Below, piece after piece: positions 1 to 12,251 of a stretch of 64,000 nucleotides of DNA. A program made the translations under genes and the position numbers. The stretch's first letter is position 1. Every line of letters begins with the position of its first letter. Where the stretch lies: positions 12,400,001-12,464,000 of the forward strand of contig CM102286.1 of assembly GCA_046563655.1 (NCBI GenBank), in the 5' to 3' direction. The notes beneath the pieces are model-generated. The model had not been told where the DNA came from, ran no database searches, and was given only the letters and a program-made list of their open reading frames with translations. The stretch comes from Yuukianura sp. NJ FZ-2021 (lineage: Eukaryota).

Positions 1-1601
1 TTGTCCAGCGGCAATGTACATCGTTTCATCCGGAATCGGTAATTTATTATATATTTTTTCGACTTTATGGATTCATTTTTTTTCGTGTTTGATTTCAGGG
101 AGAGTAGGACTGGTTGACTACGACATTGTAGAAATAAACAATTTACATCGGCAAGTTCTTCACAACGAGAAGTCACTGAACATTCCAAAAGTAGAATCCG
201 CCAAAAACTTTCTCAATTCGTAAGTTGCCGATAAGCTGTCAATGTCAACAGTTATATGAATAATTATGTATCAACTTTATTCTGTGATCTTCCAGGCTAA
301 ATTCGTCTGTGATCGTGCATTGCTTCAACGAACCTTTCACATCTCAAAATGCCCTCGAAATCGTCCAAAACTTTGATGTAATTTTAGACTGCACTGATAA
401 TCCCGCGACACGCTATCTACTGAACGACGCCTGTGTTCTTAGCAACAAACCCTTGATTTCCGGAAGGTTAAACTCACTTAAGTATAACTTAAGTAATCGA
501 TGTCATAATTTTATGTAATCCTTTCTGCTTTCTATTAGTGCACTCCGTTTCGAAGGTCAACTGACAACATACAACTGTAATGCTGGTCCATGCTATAGAT
601 GCCTTTTTCCGAAACCACCGCCAATTGAATTTGTAACAAATTGTTCAGACGGTGGTGTATTAGGACCAAGTAAGATTTTTACTTTGAAGAAATCATGTAT
701 GTCAATCCCTAATGAAATTCCCTGTAACTAGTACCAGGAATCATCGGAACTCTACAGGCGCTGGAGTGTATCAAGCTAATCGCTGGAATTGGTCCATCCT
801 ATGTTGGCAAATTGTTGCTATTTGATGGAATGTCGGGGAAGTTCACTGAAATTAAACTGCGAGGGAAACAATCCAGCTGCGCCGTCTGTGGAACTTCACC
901 TACAATATCAGCTCTTTCAGAAGATTATGCATTTGTATGCGGAGGTGGATACGATGATAAAGTAATAAGCATGTTCAAGTTGCTTCAAGAACAATTAGCA
1001 AGCATCTTTCGGCTATAACAAAGATGTTGAATCAAGGCTTCGCAGGCAGAATAATGTGATCTTGCTTTGGTTTCAGGACAAAGGCATAACGTTGCTTGAC
1101 GAGAGTGAAAGGCTCACACCTTTAGAATACAAAATCATGTCAGAAGCGCCACATGTACTTATTGATGTACGAGATCACCAAGGTTTTGAATTCTGTTCCT
1201 TACCAACAACAACGCTCAACTTACCCTACGACGACCTTGAATCGAGTGGCATTCAGAAACTTAAGGCTCATCTTCGAAATGAAAGTTACGACAAAAGCGT
1301 TCCTGGTAAGTTTTATTTTAATAATTTTTTTGAGTTGTTTAGTGTGTGTACAAATCTTATCGTCTAAATTTTTCACTACTACGATCTACATGTATAACAA
1401 TGACAATTGACAAATGAGTTGTTTTGTAAATTATGCATTATAACAGTTATCGTCGTCTGTCGAAGAGGGAATGATTCACAGCGAGCTGTACAGTTACTCA
1501 AAGAAAAGTTTCCAGCAGAATTCAATTTAAAATTTAAGGATATCAAGGGCGGTCTCCACGGTTGGACTAAGGAAGTAGATCCTAATTTTCCAATGTACTA
1601 A
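1..1601 (+). CDS. MOCS3: Adenylyltransferase and sulfurtransferase MOCS3/UBA4 (ThiF/MoeB domain + rhodanese), 5'-truncated by window; exons <1-38, 99-219, 296-466, 539-669, 732-961, 1077-1305, 1447-1601
   Basis: GT-AG exons join in frame giving [56 protein letters not shown], a second CxxC, rhodanese loop CRRGNDSQ and C-terminal VDPNFPMY. Confidence 0.95.
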
Positions 1602-1873
1602 TAACTGAAATTACGCCACTAATTAAACGCAGTGCGGTGAGTTTATGGCTGTCGAGATAACCTGTTTTAATTATAGACGAATCTGGAAATTTTACGCGCA
1701 GTCATCATTCGTAACCAATTCACATTAAGTCAGACGAAAATAACAGAAAGGCTAAATTATGTCCATGACCTCTCTCAAATTTTGACAGTATTTAACTCTC
1801 CCTCTGTCTTATCACACACTCCCAAGTGACCACCTCATTTGCTCATTCCTAAGTCATGTTTAAGGGTCCAAGT

Positions 1874-3017
<1,144 letters not shown>

Positions 3018-3470
3018 TTCTCGTAGAAGGGCGTTCTATCCGTTCGACTTCAAAAGCGTTGACTATTCTGACTTTAGCTGTTCTAAACAAGAGATAAGCA
3101 ATATACGATTAGTAAGAGCTCACGTCAATACTTTTGTCTTATTCAGAAACTGGTTCGGCAAGATTCCCGTTATTTTCTTTCTAAGACTTAAACGCGTATA
3201 AAGAAACCATAAAAGAAAACCACCTACCTTTTAGTACACAAAAGACCTCAGCCACTGAAAACGGAATAAGTCTCAAATGACTGAGGTTTGCATGTGCGAC
3301 TGAAGTGGTTTTGGAATGACTCAAACTTTGAACTAAAGTTAATACGAATGCGTAATGTGGTTGGACGGAGGAACAGGGATTTATTAGAAACAGAAAGATG
3401 ACTAACCTCTGAGTCCGTCGTTCACCAGGGTCGCCCCAAACAAAAATCTTTTGTTAAGCCTTTGGTTAGT
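3018..3470 (-). promoter_or_regulatory. Rab7 5'UTR (non-coding exon ~3340-3228, intron 3227-3083) and proximal promoter, head-to-head with the NKRF-like gene
   Basis: Donor AAAAG|GTAGGT at 3228/3227 and acceptor TTTAG|AACAG at 3083/3082 upstream of the ATG; both are preserved in the inverted copy at 7200-7718. TSS position is inferred. Confidence 0.7.
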
Positions 3471-4530
3471 TCAGTCCAGCTGAGAGGGGTTTAGTATAAA
3501 GACTGGCTTTAAACAAGGACTTCTGGATGATGATGGGACGATGGGAGTTTGATGGGTGTATGTATAACTTTGGATGGATGGAAGATGGATGACGAAGATG
3601 AAGCCACAGAAGAATTTAGCACGTAAATAAATGCTAAACAACAAGTAACAGATATTGAAAGTTATACAAATGTAGAGGAGACTATTCGTATTCAGCCATA
3701 TGCAAAAACAGCCGTTCCAATTCTATTCTGCAGCAGCAAAAGAAAGGAACTGTAGGTATGGTTTTCCGTTTGATTCCGAAAATACCAAATAGAAAATTGC
3801 AAAACCCGAATTTTACTACGGGATAGCTTATTGATTGAATGCGCAAATTAAAAAAAGAGAAACGTACTAGGTAAATACAAAATTTCCAACCTTGATATTT
3901 TTAATTCTAAACCATATGAAGTGATAGGCTTTGTCTAATTACTGATTCCTAAAATGGCTGACGAAAATGGGGAATTTAAATCGTCCCTCGCAACTGATTG
4001 GTCAATTTTGTATTTTTCATGTCACGTGATCCGTTTTTGGAGCCAAAACATATCGCGCATTAGTACAGTTTCACCAATTGCCAAATTCTAAAATGCGAAA
4101 TACCAAAAATTCAAAAAATACAAATGTGAAATACCTGGTTAATTTCGAATTTTAACATACCCTTTTCATGCACCTACATTAGTTAAATTATAGTTAAAAA
4201 TAATTGAAGCAATTAATTCTCTAATTAGTAATGTACAAATTACACAATTATTATTCAAGAGGTTTAGTTCGGTTTGGTAGATGCACTGGTGGCAAAAGAA
4301 TGACAATACAATTCTGGAAACGAATTGCCATTTTGGAATGTCAATCCGTCAAAGGAATTTGTATTTTGTTGTTTATCTGCTGCTGCTGTTCTTCAACACG
4401 GTTAAAATTTGTCAAGATTAAATTCTAAATTCCTCCAATTTTAGGAAAATAGTTAACGACATTAACGTTAACTTAACGCGATATTGAATTAAGTTTGTAA
4501 TTCGGGTGTGAACCAAACCAGAAGAGCAAT

Positions 4531-4911
4531 ATGACGGAAGACGAGGAAGACTGGTCAGTGGATGATCTCCGGACGACCCATGAGTGTGACGAGCACTGGA
4601 TGCTCCGCAAAGCATTTATTCTTCGGAACAAAGGAAAGTTTTCTAAACTCCGATTGTTATCTCTTTCCCAAGTTTTCTGCAACACGGAATTCTTGGGTTG
4701 CAAGTAAGCAAACGTTATTAAACTTTCGCTCAAGGCATTCCTCGGATTCTAATTGTCAATCATACATAGGTACCCTGATGAGACGATGGCACTGGTCGCT
4801 GAGATGGCCGAAGGAATAGTTGAAGAATATCGGAAGAAGCAGAGTGGGCGTTTGCAGAGAACGTTTATCAAAGCTTCCGCTGCTGCTGAAGCTAAGAGCA
4901 AAGGCAAATAA
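4531..4911 (+). CDS. Predicted short XTBD-only isoform (104 aa), PAXT-1/CDKN2AIPNL-like
   Basis: Exon 2 read-through ends ...RLQRTFIKASAAAEAKSKGK-TAA (4909-4911); AATAAA at 5151-5156 followed by a T-rich tract. Confidence 0.65.
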
Positions 4912-6538
4912 TATTTGCAAATCTAATATCACAAACGTAATGATTTTTCCTGCGCTGGTTGTCTATTTTACTTGCAAGATTCGAGATTGTGTTATAAAGT
5001 CTCAGCTCCCCTAGAATCTTGTTTCGATTTTCATTTCATTAGTTTCTCGGGCTGTGTCATGTTCAACTACATCGAGGAGCCATTTATCCTGAAATAGGCA
5101 TAATGTCGTTAATTCTCAACTTAGCAAGTAAATCGTATATCAGCACAGTAAATAAATTTCGTACTTTTCTTTACCTCCAATGGAATTTCTGTTTGAAACA
5201 TTTTCTTACTTCTTTTGTTTCTTATGCAGGGACAAGCTCAGGAAATAACTCTTACTCTATGTCTAAACAGCACGTACCTTCGAGATTTTCCAAGGATTTG
5301 GGGAAACGATATAGTCGAACTGTACCTGAACCTGAGTCTTCTGCGTCTTCACCTTTCCCCTCGCTTCGATATTCATTTAGTCCAACGGATCTCAACGGAC
5401 TGGTTCTGGTCGATCAGCTTTTTTTAACTAGTGATACTTCCGCTCAGTTGATTCATCGCTCTTGTCAAATGTCCGGAAAACAATGTACCTATTCGTTTCA
5501 ACACCAACACACCACAAACCCACCTCAGTAAGTTTGTATCTATTCAAAAATCTTATGTTAAATCGTAATCAAGATGGGTTTACATTGTTTTCCTTATCGC
5601 TATTTGTAGATGTACCTGCACCTTCAAGCTAGGAGAGTTTACAGCTATTGGAACAGGATCTTCCACTGATGCGGCGAAACACGCGGCAGCAGATGCTGCC
5701 CTTACTGAATTACGGAAAGTTTGTCATACAATCCAGGTATTGCAGAAAATTTCTTCATTGAAGAGGGAAATGAAGTTTAATTGATTAATCTACTTAGATC
5801 AAATCTCACGTAACAACATCGGCTGGTGTCAGTTTGCAAGAATTGAAAAGCACCAATGCCCCTATTGCTCTTGATGACAGTAACGTTGGAAACAAGCTCC
5901 TGCGGTTGATGGGCTGGAGTGGCGGAGGTCTTGGAAAATCTGGAACCGGAATTCAGGAACCAATTGAGTAAGTGTTCTTCAAATGTCACATCCAACGCGA
6001 GATTCTAGGGGAATTATGATTTCAGCACGTCTAACTCCATCAATATTGGGCGAAGTCGGCTTGGAATTGGCAGTTCCAAAATCAATGACAAAGAGACATT
6101 TACTGCAAAAGAAGTGGAAGGTTTCCTCACAAAAGAATTTCAGAATCAATCGACTCGTGGCAAGGAGGTAGTATTCTCATCCGACTTTTCCAAGGAAGAA
6201 CGAGAAATCATCCACCGGTATGAATTGAACCGGGCTTATCGTTTACATTTTTCATGTTACACGTGAATGTTAATCTTGAATCTTACTTTGGTTTACATTT
6301 TTGTCTCTTCAGAATCGCTCATCGCCTCCATCTCAAGAGCAAAAGTTACGGGAAAGGAGAAAATCGCTGTCTCGTGATTTCACAAAAAGTTACTCTACCG
6401 GCTTTGCTGCAACAAATTATAAACGATGAGAGTGGATCGGACAAGTATAATGTGCTGTATCCGGAAAACTACGCAAAAAGCATGACTCGAGTGGACGATG
6501 ACGGTGTTTCTGAGGAAAAGACTGCTTTCAGCGTTTGA
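4531..6538 (+). CDS. NKRF: NF-kappa-B-repressing factor-like protein (XTBD + dsRBD-like + G-patch + R3H), ~439 aa; exons 4531-4703, 4770-4903, 5230-5527, 5610-5736, 5798-5967, 6026-6217, 6313-6538
   Basis: XTBD: WSVDDLRTTHECDEHWMLRKAF..NTEFLGCKYP; dsRBD-like GTGSSTDAAKHAAADAALTEL; G-patch SNVGNKLLRLMGWSGGGLGKSGTGIQEPI; R3H FSKEEREIIHRIAHRLHLKSKSYGKG. The exon 2-3 join most plausibly uses a GC donor at 4904. Confidence 0.85.
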
Positions 6539-7199
6539 ATATCACGTTGGACCGGATCTAGTGGGGGAGGGGAAGCAAATGGCCGAGGAGATGTGAATTA
6601 AGTCAGTGTATATTTTTTGGAAGTTGTAAGTCCCACCTCAACAGTATTATTTCATCCCTTCCCGTCATTTTTCTGGTCATAGTGTTAAATAGAATTTGAT
6701 TAATTTCTGAATGTAGGTAGTAGGTAGTACATTCATCAGTGTTTCACCGAAGAGGTGTTATTTACTTTTCCATGTAAATTCTTTCGTTTCGATTGTCGAC
6801 GTGATCCACGTGATATTAAAGCCCCGGACTGCGGTACCGGGCATTGACAATTTTTTGCAGAAATACCGAGTCGATTGACGAATTTTCTTGGAGTTTTAGC
6901 ACTACTGGTATTGGTTTACGTTTAAAAGCGTGAAGTGTACTAGCGCTTAGCGATTTTTTTTTCTCGTTACATATGTCCGGCCGTCCGGGAAGCACAGCAC
7001 TTGACATTTGTTGTGTGTAGAAACATGTGAGAGTGTGCCTGCTCTCATTGTCTCATTCGCATAATACATAAATTTTATTCTAGATTTTAGCGGTTTAGCC
7101 CCAAATTCAGCCGATTTGCGGATTCAGCAGACTAGTCAGACCTCTTGTTTAGGTGCTGTACATGTAGTTAGACTAAAATCAGTCTTTACCCTTCTCAGA

Positions 7200-7718
7200 C
7201 CAAACGCAACCCTACGTTTAACAAAAGCTTTTTTTAGGTGCGAGTGCGACCCTGTCGTGAACGACCCACAGACTCAGAGGTTAGTCGTCTTTCTGTTTCA
7301 AACAAATCCATGCTCCCTGTTCCGTCCAACCACATTACGCATTCGTATTAACTTTAGTTCACTTTCACAGTTCAAAGTTTGAGTCATCTCAAAACCACTT
7401 CAGTCGCACATGCAAGCCTCAGTCATTTGAGACTTATTCCGTTTTCAGTGGCTTAGGTCTTTTGTGTACTAAAAGGTAAGGTGGTTTTCTGTTATGGTTT
7501 CTTTATACGCGTTTAATAAGTTTTTTTTAGAAAGAGAATAACAGGAATCTTTCAGAACCAGTTTCCGAATACTAATAAGACAAGGCGATTGATGTGTGCT
7601 CTTACTAATCGTATATTGCTTTATCTTTTGTTTAGAACAGCTAAAGTCAGAATAATCAACGCTTTTGAAGTCGAACGGATACAACCCCCTGCAAACGTTT
7701 TACTCCTACGACATGGCT
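7200..7718 (+). repeat. Inverted duplicate of the Rab7 promoter, 5'UTR exon 1, intron 1, exon-2 leader and ATGGCT (source ~3470-3012)
   Basis: For example 7391-7475 aaaaccacttcagtcgcacatgcaagcctcagtcatttgagacttattccgttttcagtggcttaggtcttttgtgtactaaaag matches the reverse complement of 3228-3312 with 2 mismatches; donor 7475/7476 and acceptor 7635/7636 retained. Confidence 0.92.
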
Positions 7719-8481
7719 GAAGCACAAGCAGTACCAGAACAGGAACCGGAACCAGCCCCGGAAAGAGACACCATCTCGGTAGAAAGTTTCGAAATTAGAA
7801 AGGAAGTGAGACAGGAAGACGGAGAAGTGACGACAGAGACTTATGACGGACTGGTTGCGAATGTGACTTTCCTGGAATTGGCCAGAGTTCCCGGCCGTCG
7901 GGCATCTGGATTTGTGATTATTACTGAAGAGGGTACGCAAATCTAAGTAACGTTAACCTAACTAACTTAACGTTAAAGGTGGAAGGGAATTGTGTCAGTG
8001 TTACACGTCATCCCAAGCTGATTATGTTTATTTTATATTCATTTGTAATTTAGCTCAACAGATGTTCCCAACATACAGAAATATACGGGTTAAACAACCA
8101 AATTCCATTGTGTATGACGACGAAGATCGTGTCGTTACAGTGAATACCGAGAAACAGAAGATATTTTTAAATCTACCCGCTCAAGGAGACGACGACGATG
8201 ACGATGGTATGAACGCTTACAATTCGCTACGTTAGTTTAATAACGCTGCGGACAACTTACCAAACGTAATTTCTTTGATCCTTATTTATGTTTAGGAGAT
8301 ATCATCACGGAAATCATAGAGTCGTGGAAGACGAAGAAGATCATTTTTGATTCCAAGGTAAGAATCGTTAACATTCGCATTCCAAACGGGCAGGGTGTCA
8401 AATCAGCATGTTGCTAAACTCAAGCTCTCTGATTTTCATCAATATTTTCTTTCTCAGGAGTGGGACACCAGAGCCCTTTAA
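7713..8481 (+). CDS. Orphan protein, 152 aa, acidic and beta-rich (possibly PH-like fold); exons 7713-7932, 8054-8206, 8296-8357, 8458-8481
   Basis: Four GT-AG exons join in frame (phases 1,1,0): MAEAQAVPEQEPEPAPERDTISVESFEIRKEV...YDDEDRVVTVNTEKQKIFLNLP...DIITEIIESWKTKKIIFDSKEWDTRAL*; AATAAA near 8742. Confidence 0.75.
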
Positions 8482-8947
8482 CGTACTATTAATCTACCCT
8501 GAAACAACGCGATGATATTACGGATACCATTGAATTTGAAATGGCTAACTTGAAATCTGATGCGTTTATACTACTCTTTCCTTCTCATCCTGATGTCTTT
8601 GACCTGCAAACGACGTCTCTGCTACTATCTACTGCCTGCTTCTTTGATATTCTTTTAGTTTAATGCTTGAAATCTATTTATTAATAGTATGGGCGATCAA
8701 TATAATTTAATAGAAAAGACTTAGCTAGATAGTTATTTATAAATAAATTAAAACGCTCCTTTCATTGATGATTTATTTTTAGCACCCTCGCAGACACAAC
8801 AGAGAGAATCGTAACCCAGTGTTGTCGACTGAGAGTGGTAGTGCTAGTAGTAGCACTTCTAGCGATGAAAATACTAGCGGGGGAGCTGCCACGGGCGTCA
8901 TAGAATGACTTCGAACCTTAACTTCAAGAATAACAATGAGAATTCAG

Positions 8948-9111
8948 AAATGGGTTATTTTGTAAATTAAGCATTATAACAGTTATCGTCGTCTGTCGAA
9001 AGGCAATGATTCGCAGCGAGCTGTACACGTACAGTTATTACTCAAAGACAAGTTTCCAGCAGAACTGAATCTAAAATTAAAGGATATCAAGGGACGGTCT
9101 ACAGCACTAAG
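8948..9111 (+). pseudogene. Frameshifted copy of the MOCS3 last intron end and rhodanese exon (source ~1412-1571)
   Basis: ttttgtaaattaagcattataacagttatcgtcgtctgtcgaa...aagtttccagcagaa...aaggatatcaaggg matches 1422-1549, with a 1-nt deletion in the CRRGN codons and small insertions. Confidence 0.9.
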
Positions 9112-9250
9112 GTAAGTGTGGTTCAAATGTCATGTCCAGCGCGCGATTCGACGGGAATAACTTAATTGTGCTTATGTTTTCTATGTTGTTTTTTTAGCAC
9201 TTCAAATTCCATTAATATTGGTCGAGGCCGGCTTGGAATTGGAAGTTCAA
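9112..9250 (+). pseudogene. Copy of NKRF-like intron 5 and start of exon 6 (source ~5968-6080)
   Basis: gtaagtgtggttcaaatgtcatgtccagcgcgcgattc vs 5968 gtaagtgttcttcaaatgtcacatccaacgcgagattc; ag|cacttcaaattccattaatattggtcgaggccggcttggaattggaagttc vs 6026 onward. Confidence 0.85.
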
Positions 9251-9254
9251 GATT

Positions 9255-9625
9255 AACAGTATTATTTTGTCCCGTCAGTTGTCTGTTGATAGTGTTAATA
9301 GCATTTAATTAATATCTGAATGTATTCATCAGTGTTTTCCCGAAGCCGTGTTCCTTATTTATTTTTCCTTATGTAATTTTTTATTTCGTTTCGATTCACG
9401 TTATATTAAAGCCGCCGGACTGCAGTTCGGGGCATTGATAAGTTCTTGCAGAAATATGGAGTCGATTGAACTATTTTCTTGGAATTTTAGCACCACTGTT
9501 ATTCCCTTTGAAAGCGCAGCGATTTTTTTCTCGTTGTAGGTATGTCCGTGACGTCGCGGGAAACATATAATAACATTTGTTGTTTTGTAGAAGAAACACG
9601 TGAGAGACTGCTTTCATTCTCACAA
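9255..9625 (+). repeat. Direct duplicate of the NKRF-like 3'UTR/downstream region (source ~6640-7055)
   Basis: Collinear matches: aacagtattattt, atagtgttaa, attcatcagtgttt, tttcgtttcgatt, tattaaagcc..cggactgc, gcagaaata..gagtcgattga, agcgattttttt..ctcgtt, agaaaca.gtgagag. Confidence 0.88.
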
Positions 9626-9890
9626 TTAATTTCACAATGAAAATGATTTGCGTGATAATCATGAATTTAGTAAGTAAACAATTTCCTCATATGACGATTT
9701 AGGCAATAGGTTCAGAGTTGTCGTCCCCGTCGCCGTCCTTGTTCTGGAATTCAATTAAGGTTGGTACTAGGTAAGAAACCATTTCTTCTATTTGGTGTTT
9801 TTCACGTGAACGTTAGAACGTTTGTTCTTGTTGCTAACTTTATCGTTTGTTCGTTTGTTAGTCATTTTCGTTGGAGTTGTCACCAACGAC

Positions 9891-12251
9891 ATGAGCTTAA
9901 GTAGGAAATTGTTCACGGCAGGATTGGCAGGAGCTACGGGACTTACACTTGCCACTGCTCTGCTCTCTCCTGACGACAACATTTTTAATTCCAGCGGTCC
10001 AGTACGCTTTGGCCGAGCGGCCATAACAGTGAGTGACAAATACGTTTGAAATTACGAAGCTCATCATTGGCTACCTTTCAATCTTGTTATGATTTCCAAA
10101 TTGTTATTGGGTTTCAGATGGCCAGTATAGCAGCTGATTACAAATTCAGTGTTTACGTGAACAAGCTTCCGGATGATCCTAAGAAAGCGGAGCGTATTTG
10201 GTCGGATGTAAACTTACAAATATCACCATTTCATAATCTTTAAACTGATATTGTTGTTTCGGTTTACTTGAACAGGTCCATCACCGTTCTGCCGTTAGAC
10301 TTTTAGATCTCTGTAAACGGAATAAAGGCGTGTTTGTAAAGGTTGGACAGCACATTGGTGCTTTGGATTATTTACTGCCTCAAGAGTATACTCGAACCCT
10401 TCGAATCTTACACAATCAAGCCCCTTCATCTCCAATTGAAGATGTTTTCAAAGTTTTAGAAACTGATCTTGGACGCAAGGTACTACTATAATCGTTTAAT
10501 TTGAAAGTTAGTTTAAGTTTTCGGACAATCACATTTTCACATTACCACTTTTCATTTTCTCATGTTTCATAGGTGGAAGATGTATTTACTGAATTTGGGG
10601 ATACTCCTCTTGGTGCTGCTTCTCTGGCACAAGTCTACAAAGCCAAATTGACGTCCGGGGAGGTTGTCGCCGTCAAAGTTCAACATTTGAATGTCCGTGC
10701 CCACTCTTACGTTGACATCAAGACAATGGAGGTGCTTGTTCATGTCGCTGCCTGGATGTTTCCAGACTTCAAACTTTTGTGGCTTGCAGAAGAAATGAAG
10801 AAAAATTTGCCACAAGAATTAGATTTTTTACAAGAAGGTCGTAATGCTGAGCACATGGCAAAATTGATGAAGCGCTACAAATGGCTGAAGGTTCGTTTTC
10901 AGTTCCGTAACTTACGTATTTCATTGTCGCAAAGTTTGACCTTGGCTTTTTTAGATTCCAAAAATTTATTGGGATTTGAGCTCTCACCGAATATTAGTTA
11001 TGGAGTACTGTGATGGTGGCCTTGTAAACGACTTAGATTATATCCTTCGCAACAAAATTTCACCACGAGAAATTGCAACAAAACTCGGCAACTTATTCTC
11101 CGAAATGATATTTATTCACGGCAATTTACACTGTGATCCTCATCCCGGAAACATTCTTGTTCGGAAAGATGAAAACGGAAATCTCGAGGTCACCCTGTTA
11201 GACCATGGCCTTTACACTGTAAGTTTCCCTAGTCCAGTGTCTAATTTTTTGAAAACTGCGGCCTCATACCAAAGATTTTTTTTATTCAAACAGATAATTT
11301 CGAACGACGTCCGGTACAACTACTCCAACTTATGGTTAAGTATTCTGAGCTCAAATGTCAACGGAATCAAGCAGTACAGTAAAGCCTTGGGAGTGGAAGA
11401 GCTTTACGGTATTTTCACAGCCATGATCACAGCTAGGTCCTGGGAGGCCATTTCCAGCCCAGAAGGAATCGCGAAGAAAAAATTAACGGATACAGAGGTA
11501 CGTAGTTCGAGATAGTACTTCGTAAAGTTTTCAAAAATTCCTCAAAAACTTATAAAATGTCATACATAATACAGAAAGGAGAAATACAACGAAAAGTTGC
11601 CGAGTATGCTGTGCAGATATCCGTAGTCCTTGACCGCGTTCCACGAGCCATGATCATGCTGTTGAAAACGAATGACTTACTTCGTGGCGTCGAGCACACA
11701 CTCCGAACTCAGAAAACGTAATGTTTCCGTATTCGTGTACAGTCAAAACCCTCATTGCGCAACGCTTAGCATCGCCTCCCCTGACGGCGGGATACCGTAA
11801 AACTTTTCTAGAATGATTTCACTTGTAATCCAAAAAAAAAAAAAAACACTTCGGACAGTCGAACATCTCGGATGTACAATTTGAAGCCTTACAGTTAGGC
11901 GCGATAGTTTTTTAAATGCAAACCGACCAATCAGAGAGTGTTGCGAAATGAGGGGTTTGACTGTATACCGTAATATACGCCTACAAATATGCATGACTTT
12001 TTTAACGAAATTTAATGTAATGCTATTCTACTTTTTGTTTCAGAATGTCCTCCTTCACTACAATGTCCAAATTTTGCGTTCGTGCCGTGTACGACGAACA
12101 TATTCGCCTGTGTAGTACCGGTTTCTGTCGTTTCAAGTTTAAGCTTATCAAACATTGGACAATATTTAAAATCCGTTTATATGAACTTTATTTATGGGCC
12201 AATCATGTTGTTAGCTCAACTCTAGGAAATGTAGACGATGATTACTGGTGA
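9891..12251 (+). CDS. ADCK1: AarF domain-containing kinase 1 (ABC1/UbiB family), ~522 aa; exons 9891-10028, 10118-10207, 10276-10479, 10573-10890, 10955-11218, 11294-11497, 11575-11717, 12044-12251
   Basis: NKGVFVKVGQHIGALDYLLPQEY (KxGQ), PLGAASLAQVYKA, VAVKVQH, ELDFLQEGRN, LHCDPHPGN, LLDHGLY, LLKTNDLLRG. Confidence 0.95.
11740..11963. mobile_element. MITE, same family as 2175-2356 (opposite orientation), in last ADCK1 intron
   Basis: TA|CAGTCAAAACCCTCATTGCGCAAC ... GTTGCGAAATGAGGGGTTTGACTG|TA; shared subterminal ccaatcagag motif. Confidence 0.8.

Noticed and set aside
1602..1873. Overlapping 3'UTRs of convergent MOCS3 and Rab7
   Set aside because: ATTAAA-type signals on each strand (~1622 plus, ~1670 minus) allow little or no overlap; needs 3'-end data
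8837..8862. Hairpin agtgcta-gtag-tagcact followed by CTAG as a Helitron 3' end explaining the captured fragments
   Set aside because: Spacing to CTAG too short, not followed by T, no matching 5' end; fragments come from adjacent genes, better explained by local duplication
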